From Ramazzottius varieornatus (Eukaryota; Animalia; Tardigrada), in assembly GCA_001949185.1 (NCBI GenBank), contig BDGG01000001.1:7204149-7268148 (forward strand): a stretch of 64,000 nt of DNA. Reading direction: 5' to 3'. The translations under genes were made by a program, and so were the position numbers. The notes under the pieces are model-generated. The model was not told the DNA's origin and searched no databases. It saw nothing but the letters and a program-made list of their open reading frames with translations. Below, piece after piece: positions 23,280 through 36,306 of the stretch. The number at the start of each line of letters is the position of its first letter. Position 1 is the stretch's first letter.

Positions 23280-24550
23280 GGTAGGGTTGGCATTCTTTGT
23301 GCCTTTCTTGACTTTATTTCTGGGAAGAACTTGTCCGCCATCTGTGATGGATCTGTATAATTTGCAGGGGTTCTTTTATGAAGTTGCTCTTGGGCTGCTT
23401 TACAGGATGTCTCCAAGGTTAGCGAACAGTGTGTGAGAAGATGAACTCGTCTCGTGTCCGTCCAGTGGAAATATGCGTGTCAGCGGGAGATGTGATATTT
23501 TGACGGCTGATGATAATGCCTGGGTGTATTATGGACAGAAGATGGCGCACCCCCGTTGTGATTTGCACCTCGGGTTGCTCCTTCTTTTGTCATGACTTTG
23601 TACTTGCATTTACCAGTCCTCCGTGTAAACTGTACGATCTAATGAACCGGCTTGAAAAGAGTAATGAGCATTTTTCCATAAGATGCTTCGGCCAAGACAA
23701 AATCTGCAGATGCTTTCATATGAAGGCATCGTTTATCAACGACAAGTTGCTTCATCTGCTATGCAGCATCTTGAAGTGTATGAAAGGTGTGCAAGACAAG
23801 TCCATTTATCAAAAACCCATTCGTCCATCTTGAGCGCGGTGTCAGATACCTGCGTAGACTTTGGCTGACCAGCATATCATTAAATCACCACCATCTTTTT
23901 AATGGACTGGAAATTTAATCAGCTTCCGTGAAAAGAACTTCACAGGCTGGCGCTGAGGGGAACAAGGGGGCGTTTGTGTACTGTCCTAAAAGCTGTGACC
24001 AGCACGAGCTCCTTCTCAGCGTTTGTTGCTTTGCATCCATGGTTTATGTTAGTACTTATGCCCTTGTCTGAATATTTCAACAGACAAAAATTCAAATGTG
24101 GTAGGGTAGTGTGACCTTCCCGTCGAACGAAAGAAAAATCTAACCTTTAACTTGTTGACAGAAAATCTTGGAATGCAACCACGTACCGCTCTAATTCTAA
24201 CCATAGACGGTGTCGACCAGCGGTCCTTCAATGTGTGTTACAAGCCAGCTTGGACTTTACCTACGTCTGCCGGCGAACTTCGGTGTTTGAATTTTTATTG
24301 ATGATATCATGAATCACGTCTTTAAGAAAGACGGCTGCGGTGGTGTAACTTTGATATTAGATTTTCTCTGATTAATAATAGTTGGGCAAGGAAACGGAAA
24401 AACGCTTGGTGGAGCAGTGTCCCACTTTTATCGCATCTTCAAACACAGCTGTAAAGTATTATTGATCTGTGCTAAAAAGATGTATCTGCTCATTGAGAGG
24501 CGATGTTTGCAGCGTCTTTTGATTGATGAAGTCACTGCCTTTCACGTCCA
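23280..24550 (-). mobile_element. Decayed Tc1-like transposase remnant (tentative)
   Basis: Fragments KDRWST, VLFTEAD (cf. VLFSDE), KDGGDLMICWSAKVYAG (cf. KHGGGSVMVWGCFS) and RMP, in the expected order. Confidence 0.35.
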
Positions 24551-27500
24551 CGGCCAGAACTCATAATGCAATACGAGGTACTCATTCTGCATTTTGTCCG
24601 CGTCGTTAGGAAATGGGTCCTTTCGTCGCATTTTTGTGATTTAATTATTTCCCACAGCAGTATCTCCGCTTTGGCGTCAAGTGATTAAAGATGTAAATAG
24701 TCGTGATTGGTGTCGGGATCAATTAGGGGTCACAGTGTATACCAGCTGGCCACTTTCGCTTCCTTTGGCCATTTTATAATGGACCCTCAAGAGTCCATCT
24801 TCATATTGATTTATATTTGAGTAGAGCAACAAAAAGTATCGGCATGTCCATTTTGAACGTACCACCAAAGACCCGCCATCGTCAATGGGTGGTCATCGAG
24901 CGGAGAGACACGACCGATGATACACTGTCTGAAAGTCGAGTCAAAGTGGCATGGCTGACCAGTTGGGCCATGTGGCATCTCGCGATGATCGCCCCACTTT
25001 TAATCAGATTAAACCACATTGGTCTTGACACCGCCTGGTCATCTTCTAAACTTGACCCCTTCGTATCTATCAACACTGTTCGGTTAAACTGTCTGAGCGC
25101 TTGTGGATGTGGGTTGGCTGATTGTCAAGCTGTTGATAAATTCCTCCATCATGGTTCTTCTGTCTCTCTTCCTGACAAACAGCACTGAACGAACTTTGTG
25201 AAAGATTATCGTGCTGTCCAATTTAGAAATCGTCTCGGCTTAGTTTCCACAAAATTCACGACATTGAATAATGTATTGGCGTCGTGTGATCTTGGAGATT
25301 GTCTTGATGCAGGCTGCGGTGTAGACGCTGGTCAGGGTTCATTTCACCAGAAAGACCACCGGCCAAAATTCGAAAGTAGGATTTTCGGCTTTGTAACTCG
25401 TCACCTCGAAAACAACTTCCAAATTCATAGAAGAAAGTCAGTCGGAAAATAGCAGTGTTTATTTGATTATCAAGAAAAGATAGTGTGAAAAACAAAGTGG
25501 ACTATCGAACGTAAACGACGGAAGCGTTGGTATACTCAAAAACAAGTTTATCAACGGATGCGCTTTTGGTGAAGAGTGAAGCGTTTGACTTGATAGATGG
25601 ATCGGCGATGGTGATCCATCTGGACACTGGTCGTTCGAACAGACCCCATCAAAGCATCTTCTTGAAATGTCCAGCTTATGACAGGACATCTTAAGTGGAG
25701 TGAATGATTGAAATATCTTGGCAATCCCGTCGCTTTGCCGACAGAAGTTGCGATAACCCCGTGAAGAGCCTCAAACTGAAGAGCTCTTTACTGGTTACAG
25801 TTCGCCCCGCCCCCTGGCCGACTTCAGGATCCTCTCTCCATAACGGCCAATCAGCACTTTTCAATGAATTGACCATCCAATGGCCGAGTGGTCAATCAAT
25901 CTTCACTCCGCCTTTTGAGCCTATGATTGGTTGGGAAACGCAGTACGTACTGAAGCACGGAGTGGGTACTGTACGCATGCGCGCCTTTGGTTGAAGGTTT
26001 ATTTTTCTTCTTCACTGTCCATCTGAATCTACATTGCGCTCTGTAACTTTACAGTCCAGTTGGTCGGCGATTATAATTTAGTAGTGATTGTGGATGGAAT
26101 TGTGTCTGTCAAAATTAGCATCATTAAGTGGAAGTCCTGTTTTGCCTCTTGCCCTGTGTCCTCGTACATGCTTGTGATATGAAATGCGGCGCGGTCGTCA
26201 GGCTGTGACAGGCTTTTAATTGTCCCAGGGGAGGCCAAGAATCTTTGCTAAATTACCCGGCTGCGGCTCTGCTGGAGATGGCCGGATGGATAGATGAGTA
26301 GGCCATCTTTGCCTCCTCAACTGCTACCACTACTCAGTACACTCTCTCCTAAAGTGCGTTTACAATATTAGTGCCTCCCAGGAAACCTCCATCTCTCTTA
26401 CTGGACTTGCCCCATTGTTCCTCACTACAGGAAACTTCCTTCGACGCAATTGCATTTCCTGACTTCTTGTTCGGAGTATCCCTCGTCTTTGTGTCCTGTC
26501 CGGTAAGTAAAGGAAGCATCTTGCGAAGGAAAGATACTTTATGATTATGGCCCATCGCTCTGACAGTATATATGGCTTTTCCGGCCATCAAAACTTCCGA
26601 GGTTTCTTTTTTACGATGGCCCAAATGATATTTGCGCGGTTGTGTGATGGAGGCGAATACTTGAATTGATGGCCGCTTGCCGGTATGCCTCTCCTCAAGT
26701 CGGCATGCCGTTTATTGTTGATTTACAACTTGTTAGGAGCTCTGTATGATCTTCTCGTCAAGTTGTTTTCAGAGACGCGTTTCAAGTGTTCAGCAAGATA
26801 TAAAAATTGCACCGCACCACACTCTATGGTTTATTTTCCTATCATTGCTGCTGGTTTGACCAACTTCCTTGTCACGTTGGAATTTCATCGCTGTTTTTTT
26901 GCGGTTTTTGTTGCGGGGTGTACTTTATGAAAAATGCAAAATATTGGGCGTGGCAGTATATCACGTTTGATATCATCGTCGCTCACAGCTGCGCCACTTG
27001 ACAGCGCATATTTTTATGCGAGGAATTTTTCCATGTTTAATATGTGCGGTTGATCGTCCAGAACGGACTATATTCTCGGCATCGGGCCCAACTTGACCCA
27101 AAAAGAAGCCGGCTAAAATTACTAGGGCTGAAATTTGACCATTGCGCCCGAATACATTTCCAGCCAGCGGTGCGTGACTATTCTTAAAATATGTGCCACA
27201 GCAAATCATCCAAGGAATGTTAATAATAAACTAGGTCCATTCTCCCTTCCCCTCCTCGACAGTTGCGTCACTCCCAAATCTCCCTTTTATTTGGCTGTTT
27301 GTATGAGCGTGTGGCTAAATGCTGTAATGGTTGGCTAAAGTGGGCTTAATGTGTATCAGACCTATGGGTGGACATCCGGTCGGGATGACCGTGATCATGA
27401 GGTATGTTGACCGCGCAAGTTGATCGAAACCTCGTTATCGATGAGGACTCGCTCCGATCCCCTTGCTTTCACGAGTGTCTCTGCCCACGCGATCATACAG

Positions 27501-30500
27501 AAATTCCATCTCCTGTCAAGAGTCAGGTACAGCAGTCTTTAGCCTTTTGTGACGTGAGACTCGCTCTTGATAGTTAATAGTCGCGCTGCAGACATCAAGG
27601 TAACTTGTCGTAACGATATCACGCTCCACTTCGATCAACGCTATGTTATGCATGCAGGTACAGAGGTCCATCCACACACACACACAGAGCTTAAAAATGA
27701 TGGACAGATATGTGAGACCGATCAAAGTTGTGCGCCACAGGGAGTAAAATATAGATCGGGCTCATAATTATATTGTTGGAAAATGGTCGGTGTGCACTGA
27801 CCGTGGAGAAAGACGTGGTAATTGGTCAGGCTGGGACAATCAGAGGCGCTTAAGGCTTGTCAGGTAATTTATGTAAGAAGAAAACGGCACTAAATAGACG
27901 TATACAGATTGCACCATGATATATTTTTGTTTGGCGTTTTTGCGGCGCGCATATTGACTACTTTTGTGGCGCTCGTTGGTGGTAGTTCATGGAGGTGGAA
28001 TAAATTATACCGTCAAGGTGCATTTACGGAGAACGGAGAGAGATTGCGCACGGAGCGTTCTTGCGCATCGGAGCGACGAAATGAAATTAGGCATTTTTTT
28101 GCCGAGTACCCGACCGACCGATCGGCCTAACTAAATTGGAGCAATGATGGCCGGGGTGTGAAATGTCATTAGAACAGATGGTGGGCCTCTTTTTTTGCTG
28201 CTTTTGTGGCCCGCCGTGAACTGTGAGAATTCTCCCAAGCATCTGCTGAGAAACGCGCCGATGGAGAAGGATTTTTCCGCTGATGCATTTTTGACTTGAC
28301 GTTTTTTCCTCGATAGCCTATATCATTGGCCAGATCACAGCCTTGATAACTTGAGAAAATATTGACAGGCGCCGCCATGCCACAAAAATGAGATGGCGAA
28401 CAAATGGTGTGGCATATGCATACGTTCGTTTGTCCAACTTGCATGTTGGGCGTATGGTAATATGACGGGAAGGGCCTTTTTGCGTGTCATGTAAGATTGC
28501 TTGTAATGGATGGAGCAACCGAGCAAGGCTTACTTTGATACGAATCAGGAGGAGCGTCAAAGGCTGGAGAAGATGTCGAGTTGAAAAATATACCAAAAAA
28601 GTGAAATTTAATCAAGTGCGACTGCGCGCATCTGCGATGGAAGCGTCAACCACGTCCCAATCTCATCACAAGCATCTGGTGGCGCCCCTTAACCCGGTCG
28701 AAACCAGTCCACATCAGTACGATGCTTTCACATGGCTTCATGGACTGAATGACGCGTGATATCGAATTTATTTTCTATTGGGAATATTGTTCTCACTGTA
28801 CCACGCCCAATATTAGCCGCACTCATACTGCACCTTCCAGTGTATATTGTGATCTGAATAGAGACGTACCAGTCAGTCAGTGATCCCGTACATGAACTCT
28901 CTGTATATGTATACTGAGCAGGGCGTGCAAGCACTTAATTTGACCATTACGGGCTATAGTCTGCTGCAAATCTTTTCTCCACATTCCTTGAACCCCGTCT
29001 ATTCTTATATCGCGCCCGCGTAGAGTCTGGTACAAGTGGGCTCATTTTCGAGAGTAACGATGGTGCGAATACTGGAAATTTTTGTGAAACCACCCTTGTG
29101 TTTGTTCTGCAGGAAACATTTGGCGTCTGACTGAGGATAACTCAAGTATTCGGAAAATACTTTCCCGGGACCTGGAAAACTTCCGGAAGTTCCCAAGTGC
29201 CAAGACCTGTTACGAGAAAGGTATGCGCAATTTTTGTATACGATGCGGCAGTTGATGTAACGGAATTCACGGCTCTTTCTGATGATACATGGCATTGTTA
29301 TGTCGGTATCTTGGCATGGAATTTGATACGTGCTCAGCGTTCGCCGGTAGCTTGTATACAGTATCCGCATTTCTGTTGAAGGGGCTTCATAACATTGTAA
29401 AACCAGAGCATTGTGTATCGAGCTTAAAGTCAAAATTTCTTTATGGTGAAAAGAGATCGAGGCACAAGACAAAAATCTGACTGTGTTGACTTTACGGATA
29501 GACGTTTCTTTTTTGCGGTTGAAAGATGCTTCTCTTTCCGCCATTGCGCTTTCGGTCGTGTTTGCTCATGTTTAGTCGTCTCTGGTCGAGGATTGTAGAT
29601 TTAGAGGAGGAAAAAGCCAAAAGGGCAAAAAGTGGGCCGATGGTTTGCTGAATATATCTTGACTTTAGCTTCTGTCAAGCCTAACCAGCATTAACACAAA
29701 AATGTATACACAGTCGACACTGTCAATCTCCGCTTCTGCGGCTTCCCGATAATATCCGTTATCCCAGAGCGACTCTTTCCACCCCTTTAGGCCCATGTTT
29801 GAAGGCAAAAATGAGCAGAGTTTTTTATCAATTTGACAATGGGTCTTATATATTGTGGTGTCAATGGAAGACAGATGTTATTTGTGTTGGATATGTATTT
29901 GGTAATGGACGGCGCGATGGAGCGATAAAGCTCGTCTGCCCATTGGGAATTATTGCATATCTGGGTGAATGCGAGTGTCCGCCCCGGCTTTACAAGCATT
30001 ACACTTGCACCGACTGTGAGACTTGTCCAAACCGGAAGGATTATCGCGGCTGATCTGTGGAAAGATCGGCTTGAACTTTTGGCAGGCTAGCCTGTGGTCC
30101 TTCAGTGATAACTCTACGGCAAGTGGCCTTTCTCAACATTGTCTTTATGCATTGATGAGCTGCTTGAAGCCAGCTTGAAGGTGTACTTTCAAATGCTTCA
30201 ATCATGTCATCGTTGAAAATGATAAATCTTTTCCATCAACAGACATTCCACAGCTTGTCTTTGTCCGCCGGCTTACGGGCTAAACAACGGGATATCGAAC
30301 AATCTTTATAAAATTTAAATGAACTCAAAAATTCTGTAAAGGTCTTCTTAATATGGGAAAATGAAAAGATAAAATATTCGTTTTTTCGCAGTTGCTTCTG
30401 TTTCGTACATTCGATAGTGATTACTATAGTGCATCACAAGACATGATTTTCTCGTTCGATATTGTGGTGTCGAAAAACAGATTGACCATGTTTTCGCATC

Positions 30501-33099
30501 ACGGGATTACATTTTGTTTTGTACCCATTGATCGGTCTAGAGCTTTTAAACAGATATTTTTTCCAGCAGATCAAGACGAAACACTCCCCTGTTTTTGCGC
30601 ATTGTCACGCGACATCGATACGTTGTTGCTGACGCTGATGATTTTTTTCTCCCTCGAAGATGAGCGGCACGAGATGATCGTCGGTCGCGACGGCGTTCGA
30701 GCTTGTCAAGGAAATGCGTTCTTTCGCACATATTTGTGGCAGCGTCGCGGTTGCACTCTTCAACAAACACACTTTAAAAGATACGATAGCCCCTTCAGCG
30801 TAAATCTCTCAGGCCTTGACAGAAACCGCAGAGTAAGGCGACGGTTATAAACCCGCGCAGCTGTCTTGACAGCTACACGAGACACTGGGCCATGTCCGTT
30901 CGGACTTCCGCTCATTGCCAGCGACCTCCTCCACATCTTTGCACCACATTGTGCCAAGTATCCTTTGCTTAACCCTCAGAACAAGACATCCTCTTGACTT
31001 CGATCCAACAACGTTTGAGAGATCAGAAAATTTCAGACTGCGAGAAATCAGGCTTTGGGTAATTTGTCCAACTTTGACGCACCTGCATACGTCCAATTAA
31101 GGAAGTAGGTGCGTCTGGCTGTATGCAGGTGACCGAAGAAGGAACTCACGCATTGTGGCACCACATTCTGCCATGCATCCCTAAGAAGAATACCCTCCCA
31201 TGTTCGATCCAAGAACTTTTAGAAGAAAAACAACGATTGAAGTTTTCGATACAGTGTACTTCACAGTAATTGAGTCCGGAAAATATTGAACGATGATCAA
31301 TGACTGCGGGAACATTCTTCCATGTATAGTCGAGTCAATGTTGCCTATTTTGTACGTCTTTTGATAGTTTTGATTACTTAGGGGAGCTATTTACCGGTTA
31401 GTCAATAAAGCAGGAAGAGTGTGAGAAGGGTAGCAGCTGATGTCGTACACTAATCGCTTTGGTGCGGGAACGTTTTACGATACACCGTACAAAGCCATGA
31501 CGTGCATGCCTGCGGAGGTATAGGATGCGATCTTCATCCAGGAACCATCGAGTCAAATATGGACAGATGTATGAAGATGCGCGCCATCGCCATGTTTAAT
31601 AACGATAATCAACTTGACGCATGTTTTTCACCTGATGAAGCCTTGGTACACCGGTGTATACAGAAGTCGATACATTGAACTCTGTGCGCGGTCAGTGCAA
31701 TCATTGCAATGGCTTGGACTCCGCCTTGATCGAACTACTCGTACACTGTACGCTAAAGCCGACGGCACAGGTGTGAAGTGTCTTTTGACAAGCTTAAAAA
31801 TTAATCGTATCTCCTCTCTGAAATTTTCTAAGCTGTGCTGAAGAGTATAATGATGTGTCGCCGTCGTGTTACGCCCTGACTGAACTACTTAAACTCCCGA
31901 TACCGATGCTGTTATAAATCATGAGGCATAACTGGGATTATGACGGATATTCCTGACGACCTTCCATTATGATGATTCATCCCAGCTTGAACTCGGGAAA
32001 CAATGTGATGAATAATAATTGGTGATTATGAGTGTTGTGCAATACCGGTAAGTCACCTCTGATTCACAGGATATGATTGAGACATGAGATGAGGATCCCG
32101 GAAAGGGGATCGGGGATGAGAGTGCGCCGAATGAGTGGGGCATTGAGGGCATTAGCGGGCTGATGATCGAGGAATAAGTAATATCTAAAGTATCGAAGCG
32201 TCGCTCTAGTGCGCCATGATGGATGATGTATCGATAAATTAAGTGCATCTTCACTGTACTAAAATTTCTGATCGCTTCTCATCCATTTTGGGGATGAGGA
32301 GAGAGAGGCTGGTTTTATCTGACATGTACTCTAATCGCAAAGCCAACATGTGTCTTGGAGCTGAGCTGGATTTTAAATCCACTTGAACTGACCGGCGAGA
32401 CCAGTGGTCAGTTTTGTTTGAGCCACGCTGCCGCCACGATTCATGTCTGTGGAAAGATTCTCCGATAGAAGAAAAGAGAAGAAAGAGCAGGAAGACCAGT
32501 TTAAACTCATTTAACCTCCGGCGATTAAAAGGTTAGTCTACGTACCCCCAAACTTGTTGTCAAAGATAGCGCGCAAGTCGGAGACGAGTGTGGCATTTTA
32601 ATCGCCGGTTAGCCGTCATCCGGCACGCTGGACGCGCTCTTGCCAGGATGAAATATTAATAATCATAATAATAGACAATCCTGCCTGCCGATGGAAGAAA
32701 CGTGTATGAAAAGGCCTTATGGACTGGACGGATATATTATTTTGCAACCTGTTCCGCACATGGCCGACATGCATGGCCTAAGAGCAGGTGTGGTCATTTG
32801 CGGCAAACCTGTGAATTTTGGGCAATAACGCTAAATTTATTGCTCAGCTTTTGTCAAGTCCTTCTGTCAATACTTCGAAGAAAGAAAACCACCGAGAAGT
32901 ACAAATTCTGACTAGCGTGAAGGGTTTACTTCGAAAAATATTGGAAACGGTTTCAAGTGTATTGACAGGTGCGGTTTGTTTTTTGAACTGTTCCGAAACG
33001 AAAGCTTAGCAAATCAACCAGTCAAACCTAGGATTTGGTACCCAGTTTGTTAGGCTGACTGGCTGATTGGGCGAAATGTCGGTGCTCTGAATCGCAAAG

Positions 33100-33165
33100 T
33101 TTCTTCCTCAAGTGGCGCACGTTCTCGATGTTTTCAGCTGGAAGGGTGCACCACTTGGCAAACAG
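33100..33165. repeat. Solo palindromic element
   Basis: CTCAAGTGGCGCACGTT..CAGCTGGAAGGGTGCACCACTTGG. Confidence 0.8.
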
Positions 33166-36100
33166 GACAAGCCATGCGGTGTTCTATGCTGGCCGCACCG
33201 TTGATTTGTGATTCAAAGTGTGTAACTTCCCTGTGAGACGTTACGTCAGTGTGTGGCTAAAAATTCAGTTTCTTCCGTGTTTTCGGTAAAATTCGGTACA
33301 CGCCGCCTTATTGAATTTACCTACTGAGGGGAAAATTTATTAACGGTAGCATCTAGATCAACAGTCGAGTGGACCGTGGTGTGTTTGTCTTATTCATCAA
33401 TTCGTGCCGAAGCGCAAGTGTAACATGGGGAGAAAGTAAAAGGCTGGCTGTTGCAGGTCAATGTTTTCATAAAAATAAGTCACCTGTGCTTGCCGTCCGA
33501 CTTGTCTGCTTGACTGTGTACCTTTTAAATTTAATTTGCGCCTCGGGATGTGTTTGTTCAGGGCCACAGGATAACGAACAACATGACGGGAAAATAGGGA
33601 ATCTAGTCCGTGATAGAAAAACAAGTCGCACCTGTTCGAACTCTTTCTCATTAAAATCCGGCACACGCTCGAATCACTCAGCTGTAAGCTCTAATCGACC
33701 AATCAATCTGACACGTAAGGCAATTTGGTCCTTCCCCGGCTCGTCTCTCTTGCTTCTCTTCCTCGCTAGGACTGATTTCTCTAAGTCTGGAAGTTGTCTG
33801 GCAGGCAATAATTCACAGCGGGATAACGTCTTCGTAGACTTCCCTTTTTGGTGTTTTGTTTGAGTGTAACAAAAGACTACACATATTTCAACAAGGAAGC
33901 CTGGCTTAGTGGAGCTAAGAATGGTTCCTTTACTTTCTTGAAAGGCAAAGGTGTTTCTGAAATAAGATTGGTCAGGTCTGTAGGAGGAACGAGGACACAG
34001 TCTATGGCCTGGCTTATTTATCTTTCTCATCGAACGTATAAAGCGATATGAAAACATTCGGAGTTGAGGTATCATGCTTATAATTACATGGCCGACATGG
34101 AAACTGTGATATTACATAAATAGAGAGCGGAAAAGTGATCCGGCCATAACGTTAAGAGGGGATTTGTTTTCTCTGAAAACCCAAGGAGCTTCAAGCCTTC
34201 AACGAGAGCGCGCTTACAGTTGCGCAGCCCATGGCGTATTATTATCCTTTGGAAATTGATATGAGAGGACATGGCAGACTTTGGTGCGGGAGCACTTCCG
34301 CTGGAGGGTTACTTATCATGCAGGACAAGGCAGGAGATCAATCTGTTCTCATGTGCTGGTTCATCCAGGATTTGTAAAGTTTAACAGCCTGAACTTGCTC
34401 ACTTTATATTCCGACCGGGAAATCAAGAGGAGGCCAAATGGTCGACTAACCATGGGCCACTCCGACCGGGAATCGCCGTCTTTATCAAATTAGGACACTA
34501 CAGATGCAAAATCAAAACCATCCTTCAGCGATTTTAAATTTCGCTTTTGCCGGAAAATTAAACAACGCGCACTTGTGTCTTTGGCTCGTCCGGGAAGAGT
34601 GTATCCTTTTAGATGGTACTTGTCCGTGATCTGAATGTCAATGTTGTGTCTCATCTTTCCCGCGTTGGGTCTCTAGACAATTCGGCGGAGACCTCAATTG
34701 AGCCACTGTTTTGAGAGGACACTCGAAAAATCTTGATTGCAAAATAGCGATCATAAAAACGTTTTTAGAGCAGAAGTAATCCGACGAAAAACACCCATCG
34801 ATCCAACATCCATAACTTCCTTTCCCATTTCCGAAGCCCATCACATGCTCAAATATTTTGTATACTTTCACAGTACTTGTTCTTTACGTCGCTGCTGATA
34901 AAGCTCTACGCTTTTTCTACGCTTTTTCTGACAAGGTGGAGTTCTGTATGCTTGAATATGTGAGCGTTTGCTCGGGTTTCGGGGAAGACGATCCGCGGAT
35001 CTAATTTGGGTTTTGGTAAGAGGTGGTAAGGAGGCATCACCACCTCCCGAGTGGAGCTGTGGTAGCTTATTGAAGTCCATTTTGTTGGACATAGCAATTA
35101 TGGCCTGCTCATTGTTATGCATGGACGAAGGGGGGTTGCTTCTGGATATTGGGCTCCGTCTCCTCAAGGAGTCGCTGTGAAATGATTCTAGTGGACATTC
35201 CTTTGAGACAGGCACGAAATGCGGATAGCATGATAGCTTTCATCACGGCTGATAGTTAGACGCTCGAGGTCGCCTCCAAGTGGCAACTAGAGATTTCTTA
35301 CCAATAACTCTTTCCATAACTTGTCCTGCTTCTTTCACAGCTTATTATAACTTTGGGCCATTGAAGCTTTGGCATACCTTCACTTTCAATAGATAGTACA
35401 CTACAGTCTTGGTGCATGGCGGAGAAGGGGCTAAACAGTCCGCTGGCCAACTTGGCCAAGCATCCTCGCACACAGAAGAGATGAGATGCTGGACAGTGAT
35501 GTATCTTATAGTGATGAAGTGAAGCGTTCTAAAGTAGCCCCTAGCCACATTCTGACGCTTACCACTGGCCTCACCATCAACAATTTTCTCCAAAGATCAA
35601 TAATATCCTCATATCTCTTCGTGTCTTCAAAGTGTGAAAAGAGGGGATGTGATGAAGTTTTCCTTCGCACTCGTCAAAAACTGTCTCTTAACTTGGTTGC
35701 CATTGCTGAATAGAAAGCTTGCAGCCTGCCCATATGACTTACATGTAAAGTTCCCCGATTTCTACAGTGGTGTGTTATCCCGCGAATTTTGATTTACTGA
35801 CAGCTGTGTGGAGTATTTCATTCCATCTGCGGTGGAGCAGATTTGAGTTTGTGAGCTGAAAGAAATTGGAATACTTTTTCGAAGCAATTTGTGTTTCTAG
35901 ATGGGCGTTTCCCGTGGATTTGGGCCAGTGGCTAATATTGGGAGTGTTTGGGGTCATTTGAGGATGCGTGGCTAAAAAGGCATTTTTTGCTTCTATGTGA
36001 AAGAGTTGGGTGTTTTAAAGTACTCAAAGCATGGCGGCGGAACAGTCGCTGACCCTAGCCGCTATGTCTAATTATCCATCTGACTTTTCCTTTGAAGAAG

Positions 36101-36306
36101 ACTGTGTAAAGTGGTTGACTGTGTGTTCTTTGTGTATTTACAGATGATGCGGATGCCTTCATCAAAATAAACGGATTGCGGCATCTACCAACACTACTTA
36201 TCATTTACTGACACCCGACCACACTCTAATTGCTCCTCTCGGACGATCTCTGAGAGCCGGCCTCGCTCCATCACACTGACCCAAAAAACATCGGATACGC
36301 ACCGCC

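Noticed and set aside
22000-36000. Many 60-180 aa ORFs in the ORF track
   Set aside because: No recognisable domains, non-ATG starts are common and there is no consistent splice chain; likely chance ORFs or decayed repeats.
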